Below are positions 55,992-64,000 of a stretch of 64,000 nucleotides of DNA, in pieces. Both the position numbers and the translations under genes were made by a program. Each line of letters starts with the position of its first letter. Positions within the stretch are counted from its first letter, which is position 1. The DNA comes from Candidatus Delongbacteria bacterium (GTDB lineage Bacteria > CAIWAD01): positions 2,016,001 to 2,080,000 of the forward strand of contig OY760505.1 in the NCBI GenBank assembly GCA_963663545.1. The letters run 5' to 3'. Below the pieces are notes generated by a model, which saw only the letters and a list, made by a program, of their open reading frames with translations, was not told where the DNA came from and ran no database searches.

Positions 55992-58460
55992 ATGACGGCT
56001 GTAAGCAAGACGGCTACAAAACGGCGTCCCTTGCAGTTCGCCGTTGCCGCTTTGTGTCGCCACGCCTTTGCCGAGCAGGGAAATGAAGGCGCAGCCTGGA
56101 TTCCCGGTCGCACACGCCAAGGGCAACAAGCACATCGTCGCGTGCAACAAAATGCGCACGATAAGCACAGCGATTGCTTTAGTGAAATGGAACTGGCCTG
56201 GGAAGGCCGCCTGCTTGATACAGACATCAAATTGACGGGACGCGCCGATCTAGTCTTTGCGGATGGTAGTGTTGAAGAGATAAAAACCCTTCTGCTTGAG
56301 CCGGGACGGTTCAAGCGCTTGAAGGGCAGCGAGTTTCCCTCCCACAGTACCCAGGCCTTACTCTACTCGTGGATGTATCACCCAAGCGAAATCGTAACCG
56401 CCCGGTTGCGTCTGATAAATTTGGCTGATGGTGCCGAGCGCGTCGTTGCGCTGAAGCGTCCGGCAGCCGAGTTGCTAACCTTTCTGGAAGCACAGGTTGC
56501 CGCGGCTGTATCACGGCACGCAGCAGAGCAGGTTGAGGTTGCCAGACGCTGCCAACTGGCCGAAGAGCTGCGCTTTCCCTTCGCAGGATATCGCCCTGGG
56601 CAGCAGGAGTTGATTGAGCAGATCGAACAGGCGTTGACCGAGCGGTCCATTCTTGGTCTCGCCGCTCCGACCGGTACGGGGAAGTCGGTCAGCACTCTGT
56701 TTCCTGCTCTGAAATCCGCGCTGCGTGCTGGCAAACGGGTTTTCTTTTGCACCGCAAAGAACACAGGGCGCCAGGCGGCGCTTGATGTGATACACGCACT
56801 TCGCATGCAGGGGGCTCCATTGACTGCGGTGGCCATGGCGGCCCGTGAAGGCATGTGTCCCTCGGAGGTGTATTTCTGTCATGAAGAACACTGTCCTTTC
56901 CTGGTGGGCATGCAGAAGCGAATGGAAGAAGCGCTTAACGAGGCTCGCAAACATCCCGTCATCACACCCGAAGAGCTTGTCGCGCTAGGCGTGCGCTTTC
57001 GTGTGTGTCCGCACGAACTTGGCCTGAGTCTTTGTGAGACGCGCGATTTACTTGTGGGCGATTACAACTACGTACTTGATCCGCAGGTGCGCATACGCAG
57101 GCTCTTTGTCGAAGGTGATCCTTCGGCCTTTGTCGTTTTAGTAGATGAAGTCCATAACCTGGCTCCGCGGGCGCGTGGCTGGTTTAGCGCCGAGATTTCG
57201 CTGGAACAGCTTGATGAACTGCTTCGCGAGCTTGATACCCGTGATGCACAGGACGGCTTGTTCGAAACCGGACCGCTGACTCGCGTGTATCACGGACTGC
57301 GTCAGGCGGTAGTTCTTCTGCGCGAGATGTGGTTGGATGCAGAGAGCATGTTCGACGACGAGTTTGTCTTTGCTCGTGATCCACGGGAAATCGTACGCAG
57401 CGCTACCTTCGATCTCGACAGGCTGAATCTGGCTCGTGGACGCTATGAGGCGCGCCTGATCGAGTACATGCTACTGTCGGTTGTGATGGGTGTGGCAAGA
57501 CCGCGTGATCCACTGATTCTCTTCTACCGTGACCTCGAGCGCTTTGCCGACCTGGCCGCGCGCCGGGATGAAAGCTTGCGTCAGGTAGTGCGAGTTGGCG
57601 TGGGCGATAGCGCTGGTGAGTTGTGCTTTTCCATTGTTTGTTCCTGGGCCGGGGATTGGGTGAGCGAGCGCATGAGCGAGTTCCACGCCGTCGTCTTGTT
57701 TTCGGCTACGCCCAAGCCCTGGGAGTTTACTCTACGCGAGCTGGGCCTCGACGGTCACCGTCGTTGTGTCACGATAGATGTCCCATCACCTTTTCCACCT
57801 GAAAATCGACTGCTTGTGATACACGAGGGCTTCTCCTCGCGCTTGCGGGATCGTGGATCAGGCATGGAAAATCTGGCGCGCATCGTGTCGGAAGTGTTCG
57901 AGCGGGTCGGCGGAAACACTGCCGTCTTTCTGCCATCCTTTGCGTATCTCCGTGCCTTGCGCAGCGTGCTGCCAAAAAGCCTGCCCTTGCTGGTTCATGA
58001 TGGTGCCATGGAGCCCAAGCTCCGCCAGGCACTGTTGACAAAAATGAGTCGTGGCAGGCCACAGTTGCTGCTATCGGTCATGGGAGGCATATTCGCGGAG
58101 GCCGTGGATTACCCCGGACGCATGCTCGAGGCAGCTATTGTTGTCGGACCAGGTCTTCCGCAGCTTTCTCATGAGCGAGAGTTGGCGCGTTTGTATTACG
58201 ATGGTCAGGGAGATCCCGGCTTCGATTATGCCTATCGATTGCCTGGGTTGTGCCGTGTGTTGCAAGCCGCTGGGCGTGTGATACGTCGTCCTGAAGACCG
58301 GGGTAGCATTCTGTTGCTTTGCGATCGCTTTAATGAATGGGACAACCGGCGCGTGATCGAAGAGTATTACGACGACGCGCCACGTCTTGTGTTTAGTACC
58401 GATGAATTGCTGGAGCTAGTTGCCCGGTTCCATCAGGGCGAGGGGGAAGACAATGCTTGA
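55992..58460 (+). CDS. DinG/XPD-family Fe-S helicase with an N-terminal PD-(D/E)XK nuclease domain
   Basis: N-terminal G...H, GRADLV...EEIKT, Q...Y. Helicase part: RPGQ, APTGTGKS, four Cys, DYNY, DEVHNL, FSAT, QAAGRVIR...DRG. Confidence 0.88.
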   Translation: MTAVSKTATKRRPLQFAVAALCRHAFAEQGNEGAAWIPGRTRQGQQAHRRVQQNAHDKHSDCFSEMELAWEGRLLDTDIKLTGRADLVFADGSVEEIKTLLLEPGRFKRLKGSEFPSHSTQALLYSWMYHPSEIVTARLRLINLADGAERVVALKRPAAELLTFLEAQVAAAVSRHAAEQVEVARRCQLAEELRFPFAGYRPGQQELIEQIEQALTERSILGLAAPTGTGKSVSTLFPALKSALRAGKRVFFCTAKNTGRQAALDVIHALRMQGAPLTAVAMAAREGMCPSEVYFCHEEHCPFLVGMQKRMEEALNEARKHPVITPEELVALGVRFRVCPHELGLSLCETRDLLVGDYNYVLDPQVRIRRLFVEGDPSAFVVLVDEVHNLAPRARGWFSAEISLEQLDELLRELDTRDAQDGLFETGPLTRVYHGLRQAVVLLREMWLDAESMFDDEFVFARDPREIVRSATFDLDRLNLARGRYEARLIEYMLLSVVMGVARPRDPLILFYRDLERFADLAARRDESLRQVVRVGVGDSAGELCFSIVCSWAGDWVSERMSEFHAVVLFSATPKPWEFTLRELGLDGHRRCVTIDVPSPFPPENRLLVIHEGFSSRLRDRGSGMENLARIVSEVFERVGGNTAVFLPSFAYLRALRSVLPKSLPLLVHDGAMEPKLRQALLTKMSRGRPQLLLSVMGGIFAEAVDYPGRMLEAAIVVGPGLPQLSHERELARLYYDGQGDPGFDYAYRLPGLCRVLQAAGRVIRRPEDRGSILLLCDRFNEWDNRRVIEEYYDDAPRLVFSTDELLELVARFHQGEGEDNA

Positions 58461-59352
58461 TCTCCTGGGCATCGGTCATGTGGCCTTGGATCACATCTAT
58501 CAGGTGTCACACATTCCTGCACCGGACACAAAGATGACGGCCCGACAAGGTCTGGATGCCTGCGGCGGTCCCGTACCCAATGCACTGGGAGCGGCAACGC
58601 GGCTGGGTTTGCGTTGCGGCTTGATGGCCCGTGTTGGCGATGATCTTGCGGGCTGCATGTTGAGGGAAGACCTGCAGAGGCGCGGCGTCGATGTGACACA
58701 CGTTGATGTGAGAAGCGGCCAGCTTACGCCTCAGGCGGTGATCCTGGTTGAAGAAGACCGTGGACAGAGATCGGTAATCTTAAACCGCGCCGGGTTGCCC
58801 GACCAGGAAGCGGAGAGATTGGCGTCCGGGCTTCCTGCTTGCCGCATGCTGCTGGTGGATGGCAAAGAGCCAGCTTCGCTCGAAGGTGCACGTCTGGCTC
58901 AGGCGGCGGGGATTCCCGTTGTGGCCGACTTGGGCGGATTGCGCGATCACCCCGAGGACCTGATTCCTTATGTCAATGTTCTTGCCGTGAGCAAGAATTT
59001 TGTATTACAGCAGTATCCCGACTCCGACCTGCTGGATGTAGCACGCCAGTTGCGCAGCCTTGGACCGAGACTGGTTGTGATTACGCTGGGCGCCGGAGGA
59101 GCCGTCTTCAACGATGGTCACGGCAGCGCATGGTTTCCCGCTTGGCGCCCCGCTAGCGTCGTGGATACTACAGGAGCCGGAGATGTGTATCACGGCGCAC
59201 TGTGTCACGCGCTGCTGAATGGTGCAGAAACGAGTCGAGCACTGGCGCAAGCTGCGGTTGCAGGCGGCTTAGCGTGTACCGAACTAGGTGGCGTCGATGG
59301 CGTTCCCGACCTTGAAGAACTGCTGCGAGAAGTTGATGCCTGGGACTACTGA
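58453..59352 (+). CDS. PfkB-family carbohydrate kinase
   Basis: GG..PNA..AATRLG, VGDD..G, VITLGAGG, VDTTGAGDVYHG. Confidence 0.9.
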   Translation: MLDLLGIGHVALDHIYQVSHIPAPDTKMTARQGLDACGGPVPNALGAATRLGLRCGLMARVGDDLAGCMLREDLQRRGVDVTHVDVRSGQLTPQAVILVEEDRGQRSVILNRAGLPDQEAERLASGLPACRMLLVDGKEPASLEGARLAQAAGIPVVADLGGLRDHPEDLIPYVNVLAVSKNFVLQQYPDSDLLDVARQLRSLGPRLVVITLGAGGAVFNDGHGSAWFPAWRPASVVDTTGAGDVYHGALCHALLNGAETSRALAQAAVAGGLACTELGGVDGVPDLEELLREVDAWDY

Positions 59353-59403
59353 GCCCGCACCTTCCTACATTTCATGGGTAACGAGAGACCTGCCGGAGCA
59401 TCC

Positions 59404-61788
59404 ATGACCAAAAATGATGTCAACGAAGTCATGATCCCTTCGCAGCTGCCATTGATTCCGCTGCGTGATATGGTGATCTATCCATACATGATCTTTCCAC
59501 TGTTGATCGGCCGCGAAGGCTCGATGAAAGCCGTGGAAGAGGCCATGGTTCGAGAGAAACTGGTGCTGGTTGTAGCACAGCGAGATCCGCACGAAGAATC
59601 GCCCAAGCGCAAAGACCTGTACGAGACCGGTACTGTTGTCAAGGTGCTGCAGATTCTGCGTCTGCCGAACAACGTGATCAAGGTTCTGGTGGAAGGCGTG
59701 ACACGCGCCCGCATCGAGAAAGTCCGCACGCAACGTGGCATGCAGGTGGCTACCCTAAGTCTAACGCCGGATCCTGTCGAGGACGGAGCGGACAGCGGCC
59801 TTGAAGCCATGGCGCGTTTTGCCATAAGTCAGTTCCGCGACTATGTGAGCCTCAACAATAATCTGCCGGACGAGATTCTCGCCAGCATCGATCAGATCAA
59901 TCAGCTTTCCGTCCTGGTCGATTTCATCGCCGCACATGTTGTACAGGCGGTGGATCGCAAGCAGCCTATTCTTTCCGCCGATGCTCTCGAAGAGCGCTTT
60001 CGCCTGCTGAACGAGTTGCTCAACAGTGAGATCGAGATCCTCAAGCTGGAGCAGAACATCGAGAGCCAGGTGCGCGACAAGATCACGCGCACACAGCGCA
60101 CCTTCTATCTGCAAGAGCAAATGCGCATCATTCGCAAAGAGCTGGGCGAAGACAATGAGGACGAAGAGGGCGTCGTTGCCACGTACCTCGAGAAGATGGA
60201 GCGCGCCAAGCTGCCCAAGCAGACGCGAGAGCGTTTTGAGGAGGAGCTGAACCGTCTGCGCTTGATGTCCTCCATGTCGCCTGAAGCGAATGTGATACGC
60301 AACTATCTGGATTGGATTTTGGCGGTACCCTGGGGCAATCGTACGCGGGACAATCTGGATATCGATCGCGCCGAGGCCATTCTGCACGAAGACCACTACG
60401 GTCTGCTCAAGCCCAAGGAGCGCATTCTGGAGCATCTGGCTGTGCTGAAGCGCGTCAAGAAAATTCGCGGCCAGATCATTTGTTTCGTCGGCCCGCCCGG
60501 TGTCGGCAAGACCAGTTTGGGGCGTTCGATTGCGCGCGCCATCAAGCGCAACTTCGTTCGCATTTCCCTTGGCGGAGTGCGCGACGAGGCAGAGATTCGC
60601 GGACACCGGCGCACCTACATCGGTGCCATGCCTGGCCGCATCATCCAAAGCATGAAGCGCGCTGGCAGCCGCAATCCTGTGATTCTGCTGGACGAGATCG
60701 ATAAGATGGCGATGGATTTTCGTGGCGATCCCTCGGCGGCTCTGTTGGAAGTGCTGGATCCTCAGCAGAATTGCAGCTTCAGCGATCACTACCTCGACTT
60801 GGACTACGATTTAAGCGAGGTCATGTTCATCACAACAGCCAATGTAGCGGGGGCTATTCCACCAGCATTGCGCGACCGCATGGAGGTGATCCAGCTTCCC
60901 GGCTATCTGGCACACCAGAAGCAGCAAATCGCGCGTCAATTTTTGGTTCCACGCCAGCTCGAGGAGCACGGCCTGAGCAATAAGGATCTGCAAATCAGCG
61001 ACAATACGCTTGAGGAAATCGTCGCACGCTACACGCAGGAGGCGGGAGTTCGCACGCTGGAACGCCGCATTGCCAAAGTCTGCCGCAAGGTGGCTCGCGA
61101 GAAGGCAAGCGAAGCAAAGCCTAAGCTGACGCGTGTTACACCCGCTCGTCTGGAGCATTATCTGGGGGCACCCGGCGTTTTCGAAAAGCGTCCGCCAGCC
61201 GTTCCCAGCGTGGGGCGCGCCGTTGGCCTAGCCTGGACTTCCGTCGGCGGCGACCTGTTGGAGATCGAGGTGGGCAGCTACCCCGGCAAGGGACGACTGA
61301 CGATGACCGGGAAACTGGGCGAGGTCATGCAGGAGAGCGCGCGCGCGGCCATGACCTGGCTGCGCATGAATGCGGCGCGCTATCACATTGCCAACACTTT
61401 TTTTGACCGGCATGATTTGCACATCCATCTTCCCGAGGGCGCCATTCCAAAAGATGGCCCTTCGGCAGGTATCACGCTGGTGACTGCGCTTTGCAGTGTG
61501 GCCACCGGAAGGCCGGTACGCAATGACTTGTCCATGACCGGCGAAGTAACGCTCCACGGCGATGTGCTGCCCATTGGTGGTTTGGACGAAAAGGCGATGG
61601 CGGCTCTGCGCGCCGGTATTCAAACCGTGCTCATCCCAAAGGATAACGAGCGTGATGTGGCGGAGTTGGACGAGGTGCTGCGAAAGAAGCTGAGTTTTAT
61701 TCCCGTCAGCTCGATGCACGATGTGTTGGATCTGGCGTTGTTGAAGAAGCCTGGCAGAAGCCGCGCGACGGCGTCTGCTAAGAAATGA
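59404..61788 (+). CDS. lon: ATP-dependent protease La
   Basis: LPLIPLRD, GPPGVGKTS, RGHRRTYIGAMPG, LDEIDK, PKDGPSAG, PIGGLDEK. Confidence 0.97.
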   Translation: MTKNDVNEVMIPSQLPLIPLRDMVIYPYMIFPLLIGREGSMKAVEEAMVREKLVLVVAQRDPHEESPKRKDLYETGTVVKVLQILRLPNNVIKVLVEGVTRARIEKVRTQRGMQVATLSLTPDPVEDGADSGLEAMARFAISQFRDYVSLNNNLPDEILASIDQINQLSVLVDFIAAHVVQAVDRKQPILSADALEERFRLLNELLNSEIEILKLEQNIESQVRDKITRTQRTFYLQEQMRIIRKELGEDNEDEEGVVATYLEKMERAKLPKQTRERFEEELNRLRLMSSMSPEANVIRNYLDWILAVPWGNRTRDNLDIDRAEAILHEDHYGLLKPKERILEHLAVLKRVKKIRGQIICFVGPPGVGKTSLGRSIARAIKRNFVRISLGGVRDEAEIRGHRRTYIGAMPGRIIQSMKRAGSRNPVILLDEIDKMAMDFRGDPSAALLEVLDPQQNCSFSDHYLDLDYDLSEVMFITTANVAGAIPPALRDRMEVIQLPGYLAHQKQQIARQFLVPRQLEEHGLSNKDLQISDNTLEEIVARYTQEAGVRTLERRIAKVCRKVAREKASEAKPKLTRVTPARLEHYLGAPGVFEKRPPAVPSVGRAVGLAWTSVGGDLLEIEVGSYPGKGRLTMTGKLGEVMQESARAAMTWLRMNAARYHIANTFFDRHDLHIHLPEGAIPKDGPSAGITLVTALCSVATGRPVRNDLSMTGEVTLHGDVLPIGGLDEKAMAALRAGIQTVLIPKDNERDVAELDEVLRKKLSFIPVSSMHDVLDLALLKKPGRSRATASAKK

Positions 61789-61932
61789 CGTGTGCCCGGT
61801 CACACATTCCACAAGGTGCGAGCATTATGCTTCGTCACGTGGACCGGTAAGACTATTGCCGAAACGGGGTGATTATACCTGTTTTGCGGCTTGAATAAGA
61901 CCGATCTACAATGCTTTAGAAAGGATCAGGAA

Positions 61933-62172
61933 ATGAGCGACAAGGATTTGCGGGCACAGGTGGAGCAGGTACTGGCAGAGAAGATTGCCCCCGCCATTGC
62001 GATGGATGGTGGATTCTGCGAGCTGGTCGACTTGAAAGACAAGGTCGTTTACCTGCGTTTGGGCGGTGCCTGCAGCGGTTGCCCTTCATCGACGATTACA
62101 CTGAAGCACGGTGTGGAGCGTATCCTGCGTCAGGATGTGGATCCGGAGATCGTCGTCGAGCAGGCCTTTTAG
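61933..62172 (+). CDS. NifU/Nfu-domain Fe-S carrier protein
   Basis: I.P.I.MDGG..EL...VYLRLGGACSGCPSS..TLK.GVE. AGGA SD. Confidence 0.9.
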   Translation: MSDKDLRAQVEQVLAEKIAPAIAMDGGFCELVDLKDKVVYLRLGGACSGCPSSTITLKHGVERILRQDVDPEIVVEQAF

Positions 62173-62204
62173 TCGCCAGCAGTTTGCCTGATGGAGATTG
62201 CGCG

Positions 62205-62238
62205 CTATCCGCGGACATCTACGGAGTACCGCGGATAG
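62205..62238. other. Intergenic inverted repeat (possible terminator)
   Basis: CTATCCGCGG-N14-CCGCGGATAG followed by TTCTT. Confidence 0.45.
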
Positions 62239-62300
62239 TTCTTCGGAATTGTTGCGCAGCGGTGATCCAATAGGCGGATCCGATACTACAGGGAGGTGCC

Positions 62301-64000
62301 ATGAGGAAAGCGACTTTGTTACTCCTGAGCCTGGGAATAGCCACGCTGGCTTTTGCCGATGCTCCGCGTTTGCGTCACGATCCAGTGATCGCGGGAGGAA
62401 CGGCGAGCGAGAACGCCGCACGCAGGGATACAACAACGCTCATCAACTTCGATTTCGCCAGCGGGCTAGATGGTTGGTACAGCGAGGATCTGACGCTGGC
62501 CTTGTCAACATGGCATCCTGACACCTTCAACACCTGGGATGGCAGCCGTAATTGGTGGGCGGGCGATCGGCAGGTCGGCGGGTATTTGAATCACACGCTG
62601 CTGTATCTGGAAATGCCGGCTCTCAACTTGACGGAAACCGACAATCCCACGCTTTCCTTCCAGCTGTATTACGCCATTGAAAGCCCGGTCTCAGCACCCG
62701 ATCCCTGGGATGCCTGGGATGCATGCCATGTGGAAGTACGGGTCTCCGGCGGCGACTGGGAGATCCTTGAACCCACAACACCTGCCTACAATGCCGAGAA
62801 CGCCTTTGCCTTCTCTTACATTTTCGGCCAGGAAAACAGTGCTGGATGGGCGGGCATGTCGGGCAGCTGGCTGTCGGCGTCTTGCGACCTGAGCGACTAT
62901 CGAAGCGTGGCCACGCGCGTGCGCTTTGCGTTTGCCAGCGACAACAGCACCGCCTATCCCTCCAATCCTACCCTCACGGGTATGCAATTAGATGACATTC
63001 GCATTCAGGATGGGGCCGAGCTGCTATTGCAGAATGATGCCGACGGCATCGATACCCCCGGACCCACGCTGCACTATTCCGGTGTTACCTCCGGTGGCGA
63101 CAATTGGATGGTTTCGAGCGATTGCGTAAGTCCGCAGTTTAGTCTGCGCTGCAACATCGAGGAGCAGGATGAGCCGATTCTGAATTCGATTACCTCTCCT
63201 TACATCACACTGCCGGACAATTACAATCTCTTCCTCGACTTCTGGATGAAGTGCGACATGCCGGATTATGATGGCGACGGAGATGAGACGCTGGACGACT
63301 ATTTCGAGCTGCAGTATTCGTTCGACGGTAATGACTGGAACACGCTTTTCTACGAGTACTATGGCCTGGTTACTGGCAACGGACAGTGGTTCCATTTTAG
63401 CGGCGATGTCGGTCATGCCAATTCGGATTCGGACATCAGCTTCCTTGCGGGGACGAACGTCAGCTTCCGCTTTGTCGTGGTCACGGACGAGAACTACGAC
63501 GGTGGTACGGGTACGGGCCTTTTCATCGACGACTTCGCGATTCTGGGCGAACCTCTGCTGACGCAGGATGCTGCCGTTGTCGATGTTCGCTTCCCATATC
63601 CCCGGACGCTGGGGCGTGAAATGGATGCCGCCGTAACCCTGCGGAATACGGGTTCTGCGAATCTCAGCGGCACGGGCTGGCTGTTGTTGATCGATAACAT
63701 TGCGACCGACTATTCGGGCTTGGTGGATCTGCCGATTGGCGCGACGACAACAACGACTTTTTCCTACGTACCCGCCGAGGGCAGCCTGCATTTTCCGAAG
63801 GTTCGTCTGACGACCAACGACGACTTCAGCGGTAACGATTCCCTAACAGTGCCCAGTTACATCGTGCGCAATTCCAATGTGCTTGAGCTGGCCAACGACT
63901 ATGCCTGGAATCTGATCACGCCCAACTATCAGTACACGACGGGCCAGGGTGAAGAACTTGGTGTGGGTTATTTGCAGCGCTTCGACCTGAGCAATGTGAT
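62301..64000 (+). CDS. Large secreted protein (3' truncated) with tandem InhA/MAM-like beta-sandwich domains and a CARDB-like Ig domain
   Basis: Absent from the ORF track because it has no stop in the window. GGGAGG SD, MRKATLLLLSLGIATLAFA signal peptide, frame open to 64000 by my translation, repeats ending VRFAFASD...GMQLDDI and FRFVVVTD...GLFIDDF. Confidence 0.8.
   Translation, partial: MRKATLLLLSLGIATLAFADAPRLRHDPVIAGGTASENAARRDTTTLINFDFASGLDGWYSEDLTLALSTWHPDTFNTWDGSRNWWAGDRQVGGYLNHTLLYLEMPALNLTETDNPTLSFQLYYAIESPVSAPDPWDAWDACHVEVRVSGGDWEILEPTTPAYNAENAFAFSYIFGQENSAGWAGMSGSWLSASCDLSDYRSVATRVRFAFASDNSTAYPSNPTLTGMQLDDIRIQDGAELLLQNDADGIDTPGPTLHYSGVTSGGDNWMVSSDCVSPQFSLRCNIEEQDEPILNSITSPYITLPDNYNLFLDFWMKCDMPDYDGDGDETLDDYFELQYSFDGNDWNTLFYEYYGLVTGNGQWFHFSGDVGHANSDSDISFLAGTNVSFRFVVVTDENYDGGTGTGLFIDDFAILGEPLLTQDAAVVDVRFPYPRTLGREMDAAVTLRNTGSANLSGTGWLLLIDNIATDYSGLVDLPIGATTTTTFSYVPAEGSLHFPKVRLTTNDDFSGNDSLTVPSYIVRNSNVLELANDYAWNLITPNYQYTTGQGEELGVGYLQRFDLSNV

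Larger units (their letters stand above)
233..61475. repeat. Highly iterated dispersed heptamer GTGAYAC / GTRTCAC (extended YGTGAYACR)
   Basis: About 150 copies counted by eye, e.g. 233, 445, 2512, 4203, 4795, 4809, 6962, 18131, 31884, 38523, 38556, 42203, 42211, 45670, 59187, 59202, 60292, 61469. About 35 further GTGTTAC/GTAACAC/GTATTAC/GTAATAC variants. Confidence 0.9.

Noticed and set aside
55992..56450. Cas4-like domain suggesting a CRISPR-Cas or type IV DinG system
   Set aside because: No Cas4 cysteine cluster, no other cas genes and no repeat-spacer array in the window.
233..61475. Iterated motif as CRP sites, matS, CRISPR repeats or REP elements
   Set aside because: It lacks the TGTGA-N6-TCACA and GTGAC-N3-GTCAC spacings, is only 7-9 bp long, is irregularly spaced and is mostly intragenic.
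4123..61788. recQ, recN, dnaE, lexA, dinB, DinG-like and lon as one DNA-repair island
   Set aside because: They are scattered over separate transcription units among unrelated genes, and I saw no shared operator.

Overview
Chromosomal window from a moderately GC-rich Gram-negative bacterium, probably a non-Bacteroidota FCB lineage (inferred from YPNPFNP...KMVLLK C-terminal sorting domains, a PorZ-like gene and many lamin-tail-domain proteins). About 40 genes are supported. They include a secreted LTD/OB-fold/PLD protein, recQ, an FMN riboswitch ahead of ribD-ribE-ribBA-ribH that continues into a PorZ-like gene and recN, and dnaE followed by a subclass B1 metallo-beta-lactamase. Further on are a PAS kinase/HDOD/HD signalling cluster, an OprP-like porin plus lamin-tail-domain cluster, fixC-fixX-etfB-etfA-acyl-CoA dehydrogenase divergent from fabV-dtd, and an S8 protease. 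The window ends with a lexA/small gene/dinB cassette, a nuclease-DinG helicase, a PfkB kinase, lon, a NifU-domain gene and a truncated secreted protein. No rRNA, tRNA, CRISPR array, IS or prophage was seen. The most striking unexplained signal is the quasi-palindromic heptamer GTGAYAC/GTRTCAC (often YGTGAYACR). I counted about 150 copies by eye, roughly ten times my chance estimate. It lies in both orientations and several codon phases and often comes with rare codons, like a HIP1- or DUS-type genome-wide signal.
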